Below, piece by piece: positions 48,725-62,100 of a stretch of 64,000 bases of DNA (positions are counted from its first letter, which is position 1; every line of letters starts with the position of its first letter). Location: NCBI GenBank assembly GCA_030390025.1, contig JASTWF010000495.1, forward strand, positions 248,001 to 312,000. Direction: 5' to 3'. A program made the position numbers and the translations under genes. Origin of the DNA: Squalus acanthias (lineage: Eukaryota). The notes below the pieces were generated by a model, which worked only from the letters and a program-made list of their open reading frames with translations, did not search any database and was not told the origin of the DNA.

Positions 48725-50191
48725 TAAGAACATAAGATAAGAACATAAGAAATAGGAGCAGGAGTAGGCCATTCGGCCCTTCGAGCCTGCTCCGCCATTC
48801 AATGAGATCATGGCTGATCTTCTGCCTCAACTCCATTCACCGGCCCTATCGCCATATCCCTTGATGCCTTTACTAGTCAGAAATCTATCGACTTCTGTTT
48901 TGAATATACCCAATGACTGAGCCTCCACAGCCCTCTGGGGTAGAGAATTCCAAAGATTCACCACCCTCTGTGTGAAGAAATTTCTTCTCATCTCAGTCCT
49001 GAATGGCCTACCCTTTATCCTGAGGCTGTGGCCCCTGGTTCTAGACTCCCCAGCCAAGGGAAACATTCTCCCAGCATCCACCCTATCAAGCCCTGTAATA
49101 ATTTTGTATGCTTCAATGAGATCTCCTCTCATTCTTCTGAATTCAAGAGAATACAGGCCTAGTTTACTCAATCTCGTCTCATACGACAGTCCCGCCATCC
49201 CAGGAATCAATCTCGTGAACCTTCGTTGTACTCCCTCTATGGCAAGTATATCCTTCCTTCGGTAAGGAGACCAAAATTGTAAACAGTACTCCAGGTGTGG
49301 TCTCACCAAGGCCCTATATAATTGGATAAGACTTCTTTACTCCTGTACTCAAATCCTCTTGTATTGAAGGCCAGCATACCATTTACCTTCCTCATGGCTT
49401 GCTGCACCTGCACATTCACTTCCAGTGACTCATGTACAAGGACACCCAGGTCTCTTTGAGCATCTGCATTCCCCAATCTTTCACCATTTAGGAAATACTC
49501 TGCCTTTCTGTTTTTTCTACCGAAGTGGATAACTTCACATTTATCCACGTTATATTCTATCTGCCATGTTCTCGCCCACTCACTGAGCCTGTCGAGATCC
49601 CCTTGAAGCCTCTTCACATCCTCTTCACGACTGACATTGTCACCTAGCTTTGTATCAGGTAGAGGTTAGGGGAGGTGACTGAAGGTCAGAAAGATGAGTG
49701 ATGAGGAGGTTTTCAAAAGAAAGTGGCTGGGATGTGGGCGTCGCTGTAAGGCCAGCATTTATTGCCCATCCCTAATTGCCCTTGAGAAGGTGGTGGTGAG
49801 CCACCTTCTTGAACCGCTGCAGTCCTTGTGGTGAAGGTACTCCCACAGCCTGTTCAGGAGGGAGTTCCAGGATTTTGACCCAGCGCCGATGAAGGAACAG
49901 CAATATATTTCCAAGTCAGGATGGTGTGTAACTTGAAGGGGAACTTGGAAATGGTGGTGTTCCCATGCGCCTGCTGCTCTTACCCTTCGAGGTGGAAGAG
50001 GTCGCGGGTTTGGGAGATGCTGCCGAAGAAGGCTTGATGAGCTGCTGCAGTGCATCTTGTAAATGGTACACACTGCAGCCACGGTGCGCCGGTGGTGGAG
50101 GGAGTGAATGTTTAAGGTGCTGGATGGATTGCCAATCAAGCGGGCTGCTTTGTCCTGGATGGTGTCGAGCTTCTTGAGTGTTGTTGGAGCT
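48725..50191 (-). mobile_element. CR1 3' half (48725-49660) and second-family LINE tail (49735-50191)
   Basis: ORFs 48827-49309, 49303-49617 and 49759-50139. Confidence 0.9.
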
Positions 50192-53100
50192 GATTCAGAC
50201 GCACAGTGTGTGCGAAGGGGTTTAATTTATCCTGCTGTTTGTTGTGACATCAGCAAATCCACCCTGGGGAGACCACTTGAGTTGTACTGTGTGTGAAATG
50301 AAATTTGACACATCTGGTTAGCTGCCACACCCGTGAATTGACACCAGAGAGAAACTGTTGAATGGACTGGATTCACAACTGTCCCTGTTTCACTGAGATT
50401 CATAGAGTGAAACCAACTAAAAGCACTTAAGGTTTGCAGTAATTTGATGTTTAGAATGGCTTCCTCTGCTGCAGTAACTGTGCCAATGAAGTTGATTATA
50501 TCACTGCTCACAATCTCACGGCACAATATCGCACTTTGTCCCTTTCACTTTCTGTGAAGTACAGATTAAGTGTCGGCTAAAAACATTGTATTTCCACAAG
50601 GGAGAGTGTAATTATAGGAACAGGAGTCGGCCACTTAGCCCCTCGAGCTGTTCCGCCATTCAGTGAGATCCTGGCTGATCTGTGACCTAACTCCATATAC
50701 CCGCCTTTGCCCATATCCCTTAATACATTTAGTTAACAAAACTATGTCAATCTCAGATTTAAATTTAACAATTGAACGAGAATTAATAGCCATTTGCGGA
50801 AGAGAGTTCCAAACTTCTACCACGCTTTGTGTTTAGAATTATTTCCTAACTTCGCTCCTGAAAGGCCTCCCCAAGCAGTGGAAATGGTTTCTCTCTATCT
50901 ACCCTATCAGCAACGCTCCCTCAGTCCCGACAGCCTGGGACCGGTTTCTTCAGTGATAAATTTTGCGTGTGTGTGAAACTGAGACTGGGCCGCACACCCA
51001 AAAAATTAGGCGGAACATTGCCTCTCGCTTCCCCTTAATATCTTGAAAACTTCGATCAAATCACCTCTGAACCTTCTAAATTCCAGAAATACAACCCGGG
51101 TTTGTGAAATCTCTCCTCGTAATTTAACCCTTAGAGACCAGGAATCATTCTGGTCAATCTACGCTGCACTCCCTCCAAGGCCAATATATCCTTCCTAAGG
51201 TGTGGTGCCCAGAACTGCTCCCAGAACCCCAGGTGTGGTCTAACCAGGGCTCTGTATAGCTGCAGCATAACTTCTACCCTAATAATAGATTCAAAGAAAT
51301 TCTAGTACATCGGGAGGCCACCCTTCTAGCTCAGTAACTGGGACCCTTTCACTCCAATCCCGTATTCCTCTTTTCCAAATGTCGATATTACAAGTTTGGG
51401 TCTGCTGTTCGATATTCTCTCGAGTACAGCGGTGCTCATCTCTCCTGTAAGCGGTCAGCGCCTTACGTTTAGGACTGTGTCCTCGCTGCCCGATGTCTAA
51501 TTATACAATAGTGTAGCCCCCAAGTGTAACATTAACACCCCCTTGTGGTCTGAACCAGATATCCGAGTCTTTTGTAGATGCCTCTCCAATCTTCCCACAG
51601 AGGTGCTGCAAGAACACTTGGGAAAATGCAAATCGATAAACTGCATTGGTTCACAGTGAGCGAACATACAGAGCAACAGTTCCAATGGGACTCCCTTCAA
51701 TCAGTGCAATGTGCCCACGTATTAACATCGAATAACCAACATGCTATGCTGCCCTACAGCAGTGGGTGTCTTGCTTGAGTTAAACCAAATTACTTAATTC
51801 CTAACCCTCAGAGTCTCAGTAAGAGCCCTCATAGTTCATAGAATCATAGAATGTTACAGCAGAGAAGGAGGCCATTCGGCCCATCGTGCCTGTGCCGGCT
51901 CTGTGCAAGAGCTATTCATAGTCCCACTCCCTGGCTCTGTCTCCACAGCCCAGCAAATCTTTCCCTTCAAGTATTGATCCAATTCCCTTTTGAAAGTTAC
52001 TATTGAATCTGTTTCCACCGCCCTTTCAGGCAGCACATTCCAGATCACAACAACTCGCTGTGTATTTTTTTTCCCCTTGTCGCCTCTAGTTTTCCCTTTT
52101 TAAAAACCTGACTGCCAACCTGTGGGTCTTTGTACTCTTGTCTCCTGTCCATCAGGAAGTTGATGCTTGGTTCGTGATTCTTCCTCATGTCCAGGGGTGA
52201 GTTCGAGAGCAGGAAGCTCACAGCAGGTCAGTCAGCATCGATGGAGAGATCAGAAAAGTTAATGTTTTGGAGCTCCTGAAATGGCAGCTTTTCCGTTCTC
52301 TCCACCCCACTGATGCTGAGTGACAGGTTGTGTTTCCAGCATTTTCTGTTTCTTGTTTGAAGCTGCTGAATCAAGGCTGCTGCTGTGCCTCTCTCCATCC
52401 CTCCCCATTTTGAAACCAGCTTCATGTAAAGCTCCACAGGAAGGGCCATTCCAACACGGCATGGTGGGAATGTTTCTTTGGAGTCCCCAAGTTGAGATCG
52501 TGACTCTCCTCTTGTTCCCAATCATCATGGGCAACAGATTTAATGTCTGACTCTTTAATGTATTTTCTGTAAATACCTATAGCCTTTCTTTTAAAATCTG
52601 TGTGGATTCACTTTCTTTTAGAATCCAGCACTTAAAACACAACTCTTTTCCAATCGTATCTGTGGAAAAATCATCAAAAAGTGTTAAAATGGGACTTTGG
52701 AACAGGCCATTCGGCCCCTTGTGCCTGTTCCACCATTCTGTGAGATCATGGTTGATCTGGACCTCAACTCCATTTACCCACCTTTTCACCATCTCCCCTG
52801 ATATCCTTACCCAGAAACATCTGTCAATCTCAGTCTTGGAAATTTCAATTGACCCCCAGCAACCACAGCCTTTTGGGGAGAGAGTTCCAGATTTCCACAA
52901 CCCTTTGTGTGAAAAAGTTCTTCCTGATTTCACTCCTGAATGGCCAAGCTGTAATTTTAAGATTTTGCTCCTTGTTTTGGTTTCTCTGTATCTACCCGAG
53001 CGAATCCTATTATCATTTTTAACACTTTGGTTGATCCCCCCTCAAGCTTCTAAACTCGGGCGAATACAAACCGAGTTTCTGTAACCTGTCCCCATAATTG

Positions 53101-56100
53101 AACCCTTTAAATTCTGGTGAATCTGCGCTGCCCCCCCTCCAAAGCCCAGATATCCTTCCTGAGGTGCGGTGCCCAGAATCCATCCTATTCCCCGATCAGT
53201 GCTTTTATAATCTCTGCCCCAACAATCACCCCTTGCAGAGCATTCCGTATCTTTGGAGAGGCTGGAGAAGCTGGGATTGTTATCATTAGAGCAGAGAAGG
53301 TTAAGGGGAGATTTGATAGAAGTGTTCAAAATGCTGAGGGGTTTTGAGAGAGTAAATAAGGAGAAACTGTTTCCACTGACAGGAGGGTCAGTAACCAGAG
53401 CTCACAGATTTCAGATAATTGGCAAAAGAACCAGGGCGGAGATCAGAAGACAGTTTTTTACGCAGAGAATTGTTGTGATCTGGAATGCACTGCCTGAAAG
53501 GTTGGTGGAAAAAGATTTAATCGTAACTTTCAAAAGGGATTTGGATAAATACTTGAAAAGGATAAACTTTCAGGGGAGTGGGACTAATTGGAGAGCTCTT
53601 TCAAAGAGCCAACACTGACACGATGGGCCGAATGGCCTCCTTCAGTGCTCCATGATCTCAATGAAAAGTTTTCTCCAACTTTCCCCTCCTTGTTCCCCTG
53701 CCAAACCTGAGCCGATGCACTTCTATTACAGCCTCACCGACTAATGTAACAATCCCTTGCCACCAACCCCCACAGAACTGTATAAATCGCTGAGGTTCCC
53801 CAGTAAGAAAAGCCCCAATTCTTTCAGCCATTCTTTATACTGTGTTCAGCTTGGATTCACAATCTTCATCTAGCCCTGTGTGTCCTGATCTCTCTCTCTC
53901 TTGAGCTGATTTATTGGTTGTATTCCAGTATAACCGGAACAACCTGTCCAAAATCATAAAGGATAGCTGATGGAGTTTTATATTTTATATCTGTATTCTT
54001 TCCATCCAGATTATGCCATTGGCAATACCGGACTCGGATGGTTATATTATTTAATAGATCGACAGGGATGTATCCCTGTATTGTTTGTTCTAATGATCTG
54101 CTCCAGATGTTTACTATCTGTTGTTGATTCACTAGGTGTACACGGTCTCGAGGCAATCAATTGCTCACATCTACTTGTTTCTCAGTTATAACAATCAGGA
54201 AAGGATGAACAGGCTGGGCCTTTTTTTTCTTCAAAAGATGAGGCTGAGGGTTGACCGAATAGAGGTGTTTAAAATTCTGAAAGATTTTGATAGATTAGAC
54301 AGAGAGAGTGTTTTCACTTGTGGGGAAGAGCAAAACTAGAGGCCATCAATATAAGATAGTTACCAAGAAAGCAAATAGGGAATTCAGAAGAAACTGCTTC
54401 ACCCAGAGAGTGGTGAGAATGTGGAACTTGCTACTGCGAGGAGTAGTTGAGGGGAATAGTATAGACGCATTTAAGGGGAAGCTAGATCAGTATATGAGGG
54501 AGAAGGGAATAGAGGGTTCTGCTGATAGAGTTAGATGAGCAAGGCTGGGAGGAGGCTCGAGTGGAGCATCAATGCTGGCATGGCCTGGTTGGGCCGAATG
54601 CCCTGTTTCTGTGCTGTATATTCTATGTAATTCTATTCTGGCCAGAGTTTTTAAGTCCACAATAGTCTCGATTTCTTCCAGAGCCAGTCCTATGATGTCC
54701 TGCGCCACCTCCCGACTGTCCGTATAGCCTCTCTGGGGATATTTTTAAATTTGTCTTCCTGAATTTCCAAATCCTTAACTGATGGGGTATTCCAACCAGT
54801 TGCTGTACCGAATCCTCCCATTCCCAACTTGTCTCATAGGGACCTTTTCCTTCCCTTCTCACTCTCTTCCTCCTCTGGATCATTCTGTGGTTCCTTACAG
54901 TCCAGGGCATGTTTTTTATATCCGTGCAGTAGATTGGCAAATTCCCAGTCCGGGATCAAGGTTTGTTCTTGGATCCTGAATTCAAAGAATCCTTGCTTGA
55001 ATTCTTGAAATTGATTGTTGTTTACTTCTTCTTCCCCAGTTCTCCTGCCACAGTACCTCGAAGTCTGAGCTTCCCTTCATACTGCAGTATCTTGTCTTAT
55101 GATCAAACTTTGGCAGACCGGTCCAATTGGTCTGGACTATCGGTGCCCATTTTTGTAAATCAATGACCAGTGGTTTTACCACATATTATACATACTGAAT
55201 TATAATACATAATACTCCTGGGTCAGGACTCCCCAATCAGTGGGCCAAATTTTATTTCTGGTCAGTTGCTTACCACTTTCGCATTGTCTCTTTGATAAGG
55301 TTTTGTTTGGTCCACATGGTCCCACTTACCCTCCATTTGTCATTTGGTGTCCTTAGTTCTAACCGTTTGGACCCAATGTCTCCATTACTGTGAACGGTGC
55401 TCTCCACTTGGGATACAGTGAGTGGGAAGGATTACCGAACCATTTTAACAGAACCTTATCACCAGCTAGGTACAAATACTCCATATGTGTAAGTTCCTGG
55501 TTTCCTTTTATTGTATCAGCAGCCCTTCCCAATTGGTGGGCCATCCACCCATTCATTTCCCAGATGAATGACAGACTCGGTTTGATCAACTACTCCCTTC
55601 AGAGAGTCCGACAACCCCTCGTACATGAGGTGCTCTGGGCGTCTCGTACTTCGCCCCGTCATTAGGGTCTCAATCCCAGAGCGCAGCAAGGAGTGGATCT
55701 GCTGGCCAGCGAGGCTAATGGCAACTTCACATCCCAATCCCTGCCATTTATTGCTCCAAATTTTCTGGAAATTATTTATAAAGTGCAGTTTGCTCTTTCC
55801 ACTGTCCCTGGTGACTGTGTAAATTGTGGAACTGGTTTTATGTCCAACAAATTCATGCATTGATCCATGACCTCTTTTGGCGAACCTCACTGAGTGGTTT
55901 ATTGTCCTACCAGAGCTTTAGCAATGGGGATAGCTTGCACCCATTTCGAAAACTAATCCGCTCCAAGTAAAATATATTTGTTTCCTATTGCGGTTGTAGT
56001 TTAAGGTTCTATCCAATCAATTTGTAATGAGCACCATGGTCCCTGTTTTAGTCGGGTCACAGGGTGGGTGGGGTTCCTTTATTTTGTAGTGATCATATTT

Positions 56101-59100
56101 ACATGGGCACGTGTGAGACATTGGTTCCAGCGTATTGTTCCATTCATTGCCATTTCTGGCCAACAGCCCAAGTCTCTCACCCACTGTAAGGTTTTCACTG
56201 CTGTTCAGCTGTTGAGGCATTGTGAGCTGTGTCCAGTAATATGGCCCAACTCTCTCAACCCTCCTTCGCTATTGGCAAATGGGTTGTATGGAACGCAGTT
56301 TCTTGTTCTACGGTCAACTTATTGAAATCATAAAATGATACAACATAGAAGGAGGCCATTGGGCCCATCGTGCCTGTGCCGGCTCTTTGGTCGAGCTATC
56401 CAGTTAATCCCACTCCCCTGCTCTTTCCCCATAGCCCTGCACATTTTCCCCTTCAAGTATTTATCCAATTCTCTTTTGAAAATTACTATTGAATCTGCTT
56501 CCACCGCCCTTTCAGGCAGTGCAGTCCAGATCACAATAACTCGCTGCATGAAAAAACTGTCTTCCCATCTCCCCCCTGGTTCTTTTGCCAATTATCTGAA
56601 ATCTGTTTGCTCTGGTTACTGACCCTCCTGTCAGTGGAAGCAGTTTCTCCTTATTTACTCTCACACCTCGATCAAATCTCCACTTAACCTTTTCTGCTCT
56701 AAGGAGAACAACCCCAGCTTCTCCAGTCTATCCCCGTAACTGAAGTCCCTCATCCCTGGTACCATTCCAGTAAATCTCTTCTGCCCCCTCTCCTAGGCCT
56801 TGACATCCTTCCTATAGTGTGGTGTATTGAACACAATACTCCAGCTGGGGCCTAACCTGTCTTTATAAAGGTTGAGCATAACTTCTTGCTTTTACATTCT
56901 ATTCCTCTATTAATAAAGCCAAGGATCCCATCTGCTTTTTAACAGCCTTCTCAACTTGTCCTGCCCCCTTCAAAGATTTGTGTCCATGCACCTCATGTCT
57001 CTCTGTTCCTGCACCCCCTTTAATTTTGTACCATTTAGTTCATATTGCCTCTTCCCACCAAAATGTATCAACTCACACTTCTCTCTGTTAAATTTCATCT
57101 GCCATGTGTCTGCCCATTTCACCAGTCTGTGTGTGCTCCTGAAGTCTGTTACTATCCTCCTCATTGTTCACTACATTTGAGTTTCGTGCCATCTGCAAAC
57201 TTTGAAATTATGCCCTGTATAGCCAAGTGTGAGGTGATACATTTTGGTAGGAAGAATGAGGAGAGACCATACACACTAAACAGTACAATTTTAAATGGAG
57301 TACAAGAACAGATAGACCTGGGGGTACTTGTGCACAAATCTTTGAAGGTGGCAGGACAGGTTAACACAGCAGTTAATAAACCACATGGGATCCTGGGCCT
57401 CATAAATAGAGGCAGAGAGTACAAAACCAGGAAGTTCTGCCAAACCTATACAAAACGCTAGTTCGGACTCAGCTTGTGTCCAATTCTGAGCACCACACTT
57501 TTGGAAGGACATGACGGCTTTGGAGAGGGTGGAGAGATTTACTATAATGGTTCCAGGGATGAGGGATTACAGTTCCGGGGACAGACTGGAGAAGCTGGGT
57601 TGTTCTCCTTGGGTCAGAGAAGGCTAAGAGGAGATTTGACAGAGGTGTTTAAAAGCATAAAGGATTTAGATGGTGTAAATAAAGAGAAACAGTGCTGAGA
57701 GGTTGTTTCCCCTGGCTGGCGAGTCTAGAACTAGGGGGAATAGTCTCAGGATAAGGGGTCGGCCATTTAAGACTGAGATGAGGAGGAATTTCTTCACTCA
57801 GAGGGTTGTGAATCTTTGGAATTCTCTACCCCAATGGGCTGTGGATGCTGAGTCATTGAGTGTATTTAAGGCTGAGATAGATTTTTTGGACTCTAGGGGA
57901 ATGAAGGGATCTGGGGATCCGGCGGGGAAGTGGAGTTGAGATTGAAGATCAGCCATGATCTCATTGAATGGCGGAGCAGGCTCGAGGGGCCGTATGGCCG
58001 ACACCTGCTCCTAATTCTTATGTTCTTAGTTTCCAATGGCTGAAGGCTCGATCACGAGAGGGCACAGATTTAAGGTGATTGGCAAAAGAACCAGAGGCGA
58101 CATGAACAAAAACATTTTTACATAACGTGTGGTTAGGATTTGGATTGCTCTGCCTGATAGGGTGGTGGATACAGATTTATTGTAGCCTTCAAAAGGGAAC
58201 TGGATAAATCCTTGAGGAGAAAAAATTGCAGGGATATGGGGTGCGAGCGGGGCAGTGGGACTAACTCGATTGCTCTTTCAAAGAGCCAGTGCAGACTCGA
58301 TGGACCGAATGGCCTCCTTCTGTGATGTTCTACTCTGTGATTCTATTCTATGATACAGCCCGTCTGACAGTGCAGCGCTCCCTCAATACTGCCCCTCTGA
58401 CAGTGCAGCACTCCCTCAGTACTGCCCCTCCGACAGTGCAGCACTCCCTCAGTACTGCCCCTCTGACAGTGCAGCACTCCCTCAGTACTACCTCGCTGAC
58501 AGTGCAGCACTCCCTCAGTACTGCCCCTCCGACAGTGCAATAAAATGTCCACGTTTACTTACAGTATTGAACCTGTGGATTTCAATCTCTTCCTTTCACT
58601 TTGGGTACACTGTAAATTTTAATAAATATTTATTTTCTGCCACTTTTTTCTCCTCCTCGTGTTGTAGTATCAAATGTTGTTTGAAAGTCCCTGCAGCAAG
58701 GGGTCCTGAGAGACGGGAACTATCTGGGTGGGACTGCACTCGCCTGGTTCCATTCTTATCTATCCAGTCGTAGACAGAAAATCACCTGCAATGGCTCCTC
58801 TTCCTGCTCCTGCACCGTTACTTCTGGAGTCTCCCAAGGATCTATCCTTGGCCTCCTTCTATTTCTCATCTACATGCTGCCCCTCGGCAACATCATCCCA
58901 AAACACATCAAGTTCCACATGTACGCTGACGACACCCAGCTTTACCTCACCACCACCTCTCCCAACCCCTCCACAGTCTCTAAATTGTCAGACTGTCCGA
59001 CATCCAGTATTGGATGAGCAGAAATTTCCTCCAACTAAATATTGTGAAGACCAAAGACATTGACTTCGGGCCCCGTCACAAACTCCGTTCGCTCGCCACC

Positions 59101-62100
59101 GACTCCATCCCTCTCCCCGGCAACTGTCTGAGGCTGAACCAGACCGTTCACAACCCTGGTGACCTATTTGACCCCGAGATGAGCTTCCGACCACACATCC
59201 ACACCATCACTAAGACGGCCTACTCCCAGCTCCGTAACATCGCCCGACTCCACCCCGCCTCATCTCATCTGCTGCTGAAACCCTCATCCGTGCCTTGTTA
59301 TCTCTAGACTTGACTATTCCAAGGCTCTCCTTGCCGATCTCCCATCTTCCACCCCACATAATCTTGAGCTCATCCAAAACTCTGATGTGCACCAAATCCC
59401 GTTCACCCATCATCCCTGTGCTTGCTGACCTACATTGGCTCCCGGTCCAGCAATCCCTCAATTTTAAAATTCTCAACCTTGTTTTCAAATCCCTCCATGA
59501 ACTCGCCCCTCCCAGCCCTACAACATAGAAACATAGAAGATAGGAGCAGGAGTAGGCCATTCGGCCCCTCAAGCCTGCTCCGCCATTCAATGCAATCATG
59601 GCTGATCATCCAAATTCTGTACCCTGTCCCTGCTTTCTCCCCATATCCCTTGATCCACTTAGCCTTCAGAAATATATCTAACTCCTCCTTGAATATATTT
59701 AATGAATTGGACTCAACTGTCTTCTGTGGTAGAGAATTCCACAGGTTCACCACTCTCTGGGTGAAGAAATTCCTCCTCATCTCAGTCCTAAATGGCTTAC
59801 CCCTTATCCTTCGACTGTGATCCCTGGTTCTGGACTCCCCGCCATCGGGAACATCCTTCCTGCATCTAGTCTGTCTAGTCCTGTGCGAATTTTATAAGTT
59901 TCAATGAGATCCCCTCTCATTCTTCTAAACTTTAGCGAATACAAGCCCAATCGACCCAATCTCTCTCCATACGTCATTCCTGCCATCCCAGGTATCAGTC
60001 TGGTGAATCTTCGCTGCACTCTCTCCATGGCAAGAACATCCTTCCTCAGATAAGGCGACCAAAACTGCACACAATACTGAAGGTGTGGTCTCACCAAGTC
60101 CCTGTACAACTGCAGCAAGACATCCTTGCTCCTGTACTCGAATCCTCTCGCTATGAAGGCCAACAACCCTCCGAGATCTCTGCACTCCTCCAATTCTGGC
60201 CTCTTGAGCTTCCCCGATTTTAATCGCTCCACCATTGGCAGCCGTGCCTTCAGCTGCCAAGGTCCTAAGCTCTGGAATTCGCTCCCTAAACCTCTCCGCC
60301 TCTCTACCTCTCTCTCCTCCTTTAAGACGCTCCTTAAAACCCGCCTCTTCGACCAAGCTTTTGGTCATCTGTCCTAAAATCTCCTGATGTGGCTCGGTAT
60401 ACGCTCCTGTGAAGAACCTTGAGGCGTTTTACTATGTTAAAGGAGCTAAATAAATCCAAGTTGTTGCTGAGCTGCCTGGATTTGCCCAGTGCTGGGAGAC
60501 AGACCTGGAATCGCTTCTCTATTTACTGTACAGCTGACTCTCTGCAACCCTCAGATTTGATGGACTTGTGCTGCACAATGTTTAACCAGGCTCCACAATT
60601 CAGGGTTTGCAGCACTGTCCCCAGATTTAGAAAGCATTCATCGAAAGATCAAATAAAGGGGTAATTGTGCTGGGGATTGAAAAACGTCTCGTACAAAGCT
60701 GCTGTAAAAGGGAGGTGAGAATGTGGGACTGTGTCATGGAGTTTGTGTATCTGGGAAGTAGAAGGCGGCCTGATGCGGGTTACAGTTGTTAGGTGTGGGG
60801 TTATAGAAAGGTCCTAAGTGCGATATATATGGCGCCGACTGAGAGTTTCGCAGAATGTGCAAAGACTCGAATCCATTGCACAAGGGAGCTGCTGCCCCTG
60901 GATCCGCAGTGACCCCATCGTGAACTGTCTCCGGGACCCCATTTGCTCTTTGCTCTCTGACCCTGAGGAGCAAACAAAAGCTCGAGGCGTGTGTCAGGAC
61001 AGCAGTAATATCAGCAACCCGAGTTTTAAACATGGCCGGAAATTCTCTGCAATATTAAATTGCATTGCTTAATTTTAGATCCTAGAATTGTCTTTCTGTA
61101 TGAACCTAATTCTAACCCAGGAGACGATTTCCTCTGTGCATTGTGCTCAAGGAGATCCCAAACCCGCTCATAAGTGCGGATTTACCATCTCACTAGTGTG
61201 AATTTTCCTCTCGGTTGCCAAATATCTATTTCAATATAAATAAAAGTGAGCTGGTATATTTTAGTTTGAGGAATCAGGAGGACACATACTGCTTGGAAAA
61301 TAAGAATCTAAATGGGGTAGAGCAGCAAAAAGATCTAAAGTGCACACTCACAGATCAGTAAAAGTAGCAGCGCAAGTTAACAAAGCCACACAAAGTGCAA
61401 ACAAAGCACTGGGATTCATTTCTAGAGGAATAGAATTCAAAAGCAGAGAGGTTATGTTAGACTTGTATTGAACCTTGGTTAGATTACATTTAGCGTTCGG
61501 TGCACAGTTATGGTTCATATTATAAAAAGGAAATAGAGGCACTGGAGAAAGTACAAAACAGATTCAAAAGGATGATCCCAGACCGGAGAGGTTATAACTC
61601 TCAGGAATGACTGAGCAGACTGGGGCTCTTTTCTCTAGAAAGACTGAGAGGAGCCCTTTTAGAATTCTTTAAAATTCTGAAGGGATTCGATAGAGCAGAC
61701 ATGGAGAAGATGCTTCCAGCAGCAGATCTGGTGGGACAAGACCCCCAGTGTCGGAGACAGGATAAAACAGGAAGCTTCAACAATAATTGTAAATGTGAGG
61801 AACTCTACTGAGAATCCCATCAGTCCAGGGTTTTGCTGAGGTGAGAGTCTAACCAGCTACTGGGAGCTGTTCAACATCTGCCATCAGGCTCCGCCTTTGA
61901 TGCAGCCAGTTGACCGAAGCTTAACTTGTATGTAAACTTTGGCTGTGCTTGGTGAACCAATTTAGAGAGAGCTTTTCGACTGTATCCAACCCATGCTGTA
62001 CCTGACCTGGGAGTCTTTGATGGGACAGTGTAGAGGGAGCTATCTCATGATTGCCCATGATGTCCTCTCCAATTATTGCTCTGATGGTCCCAACACTTGA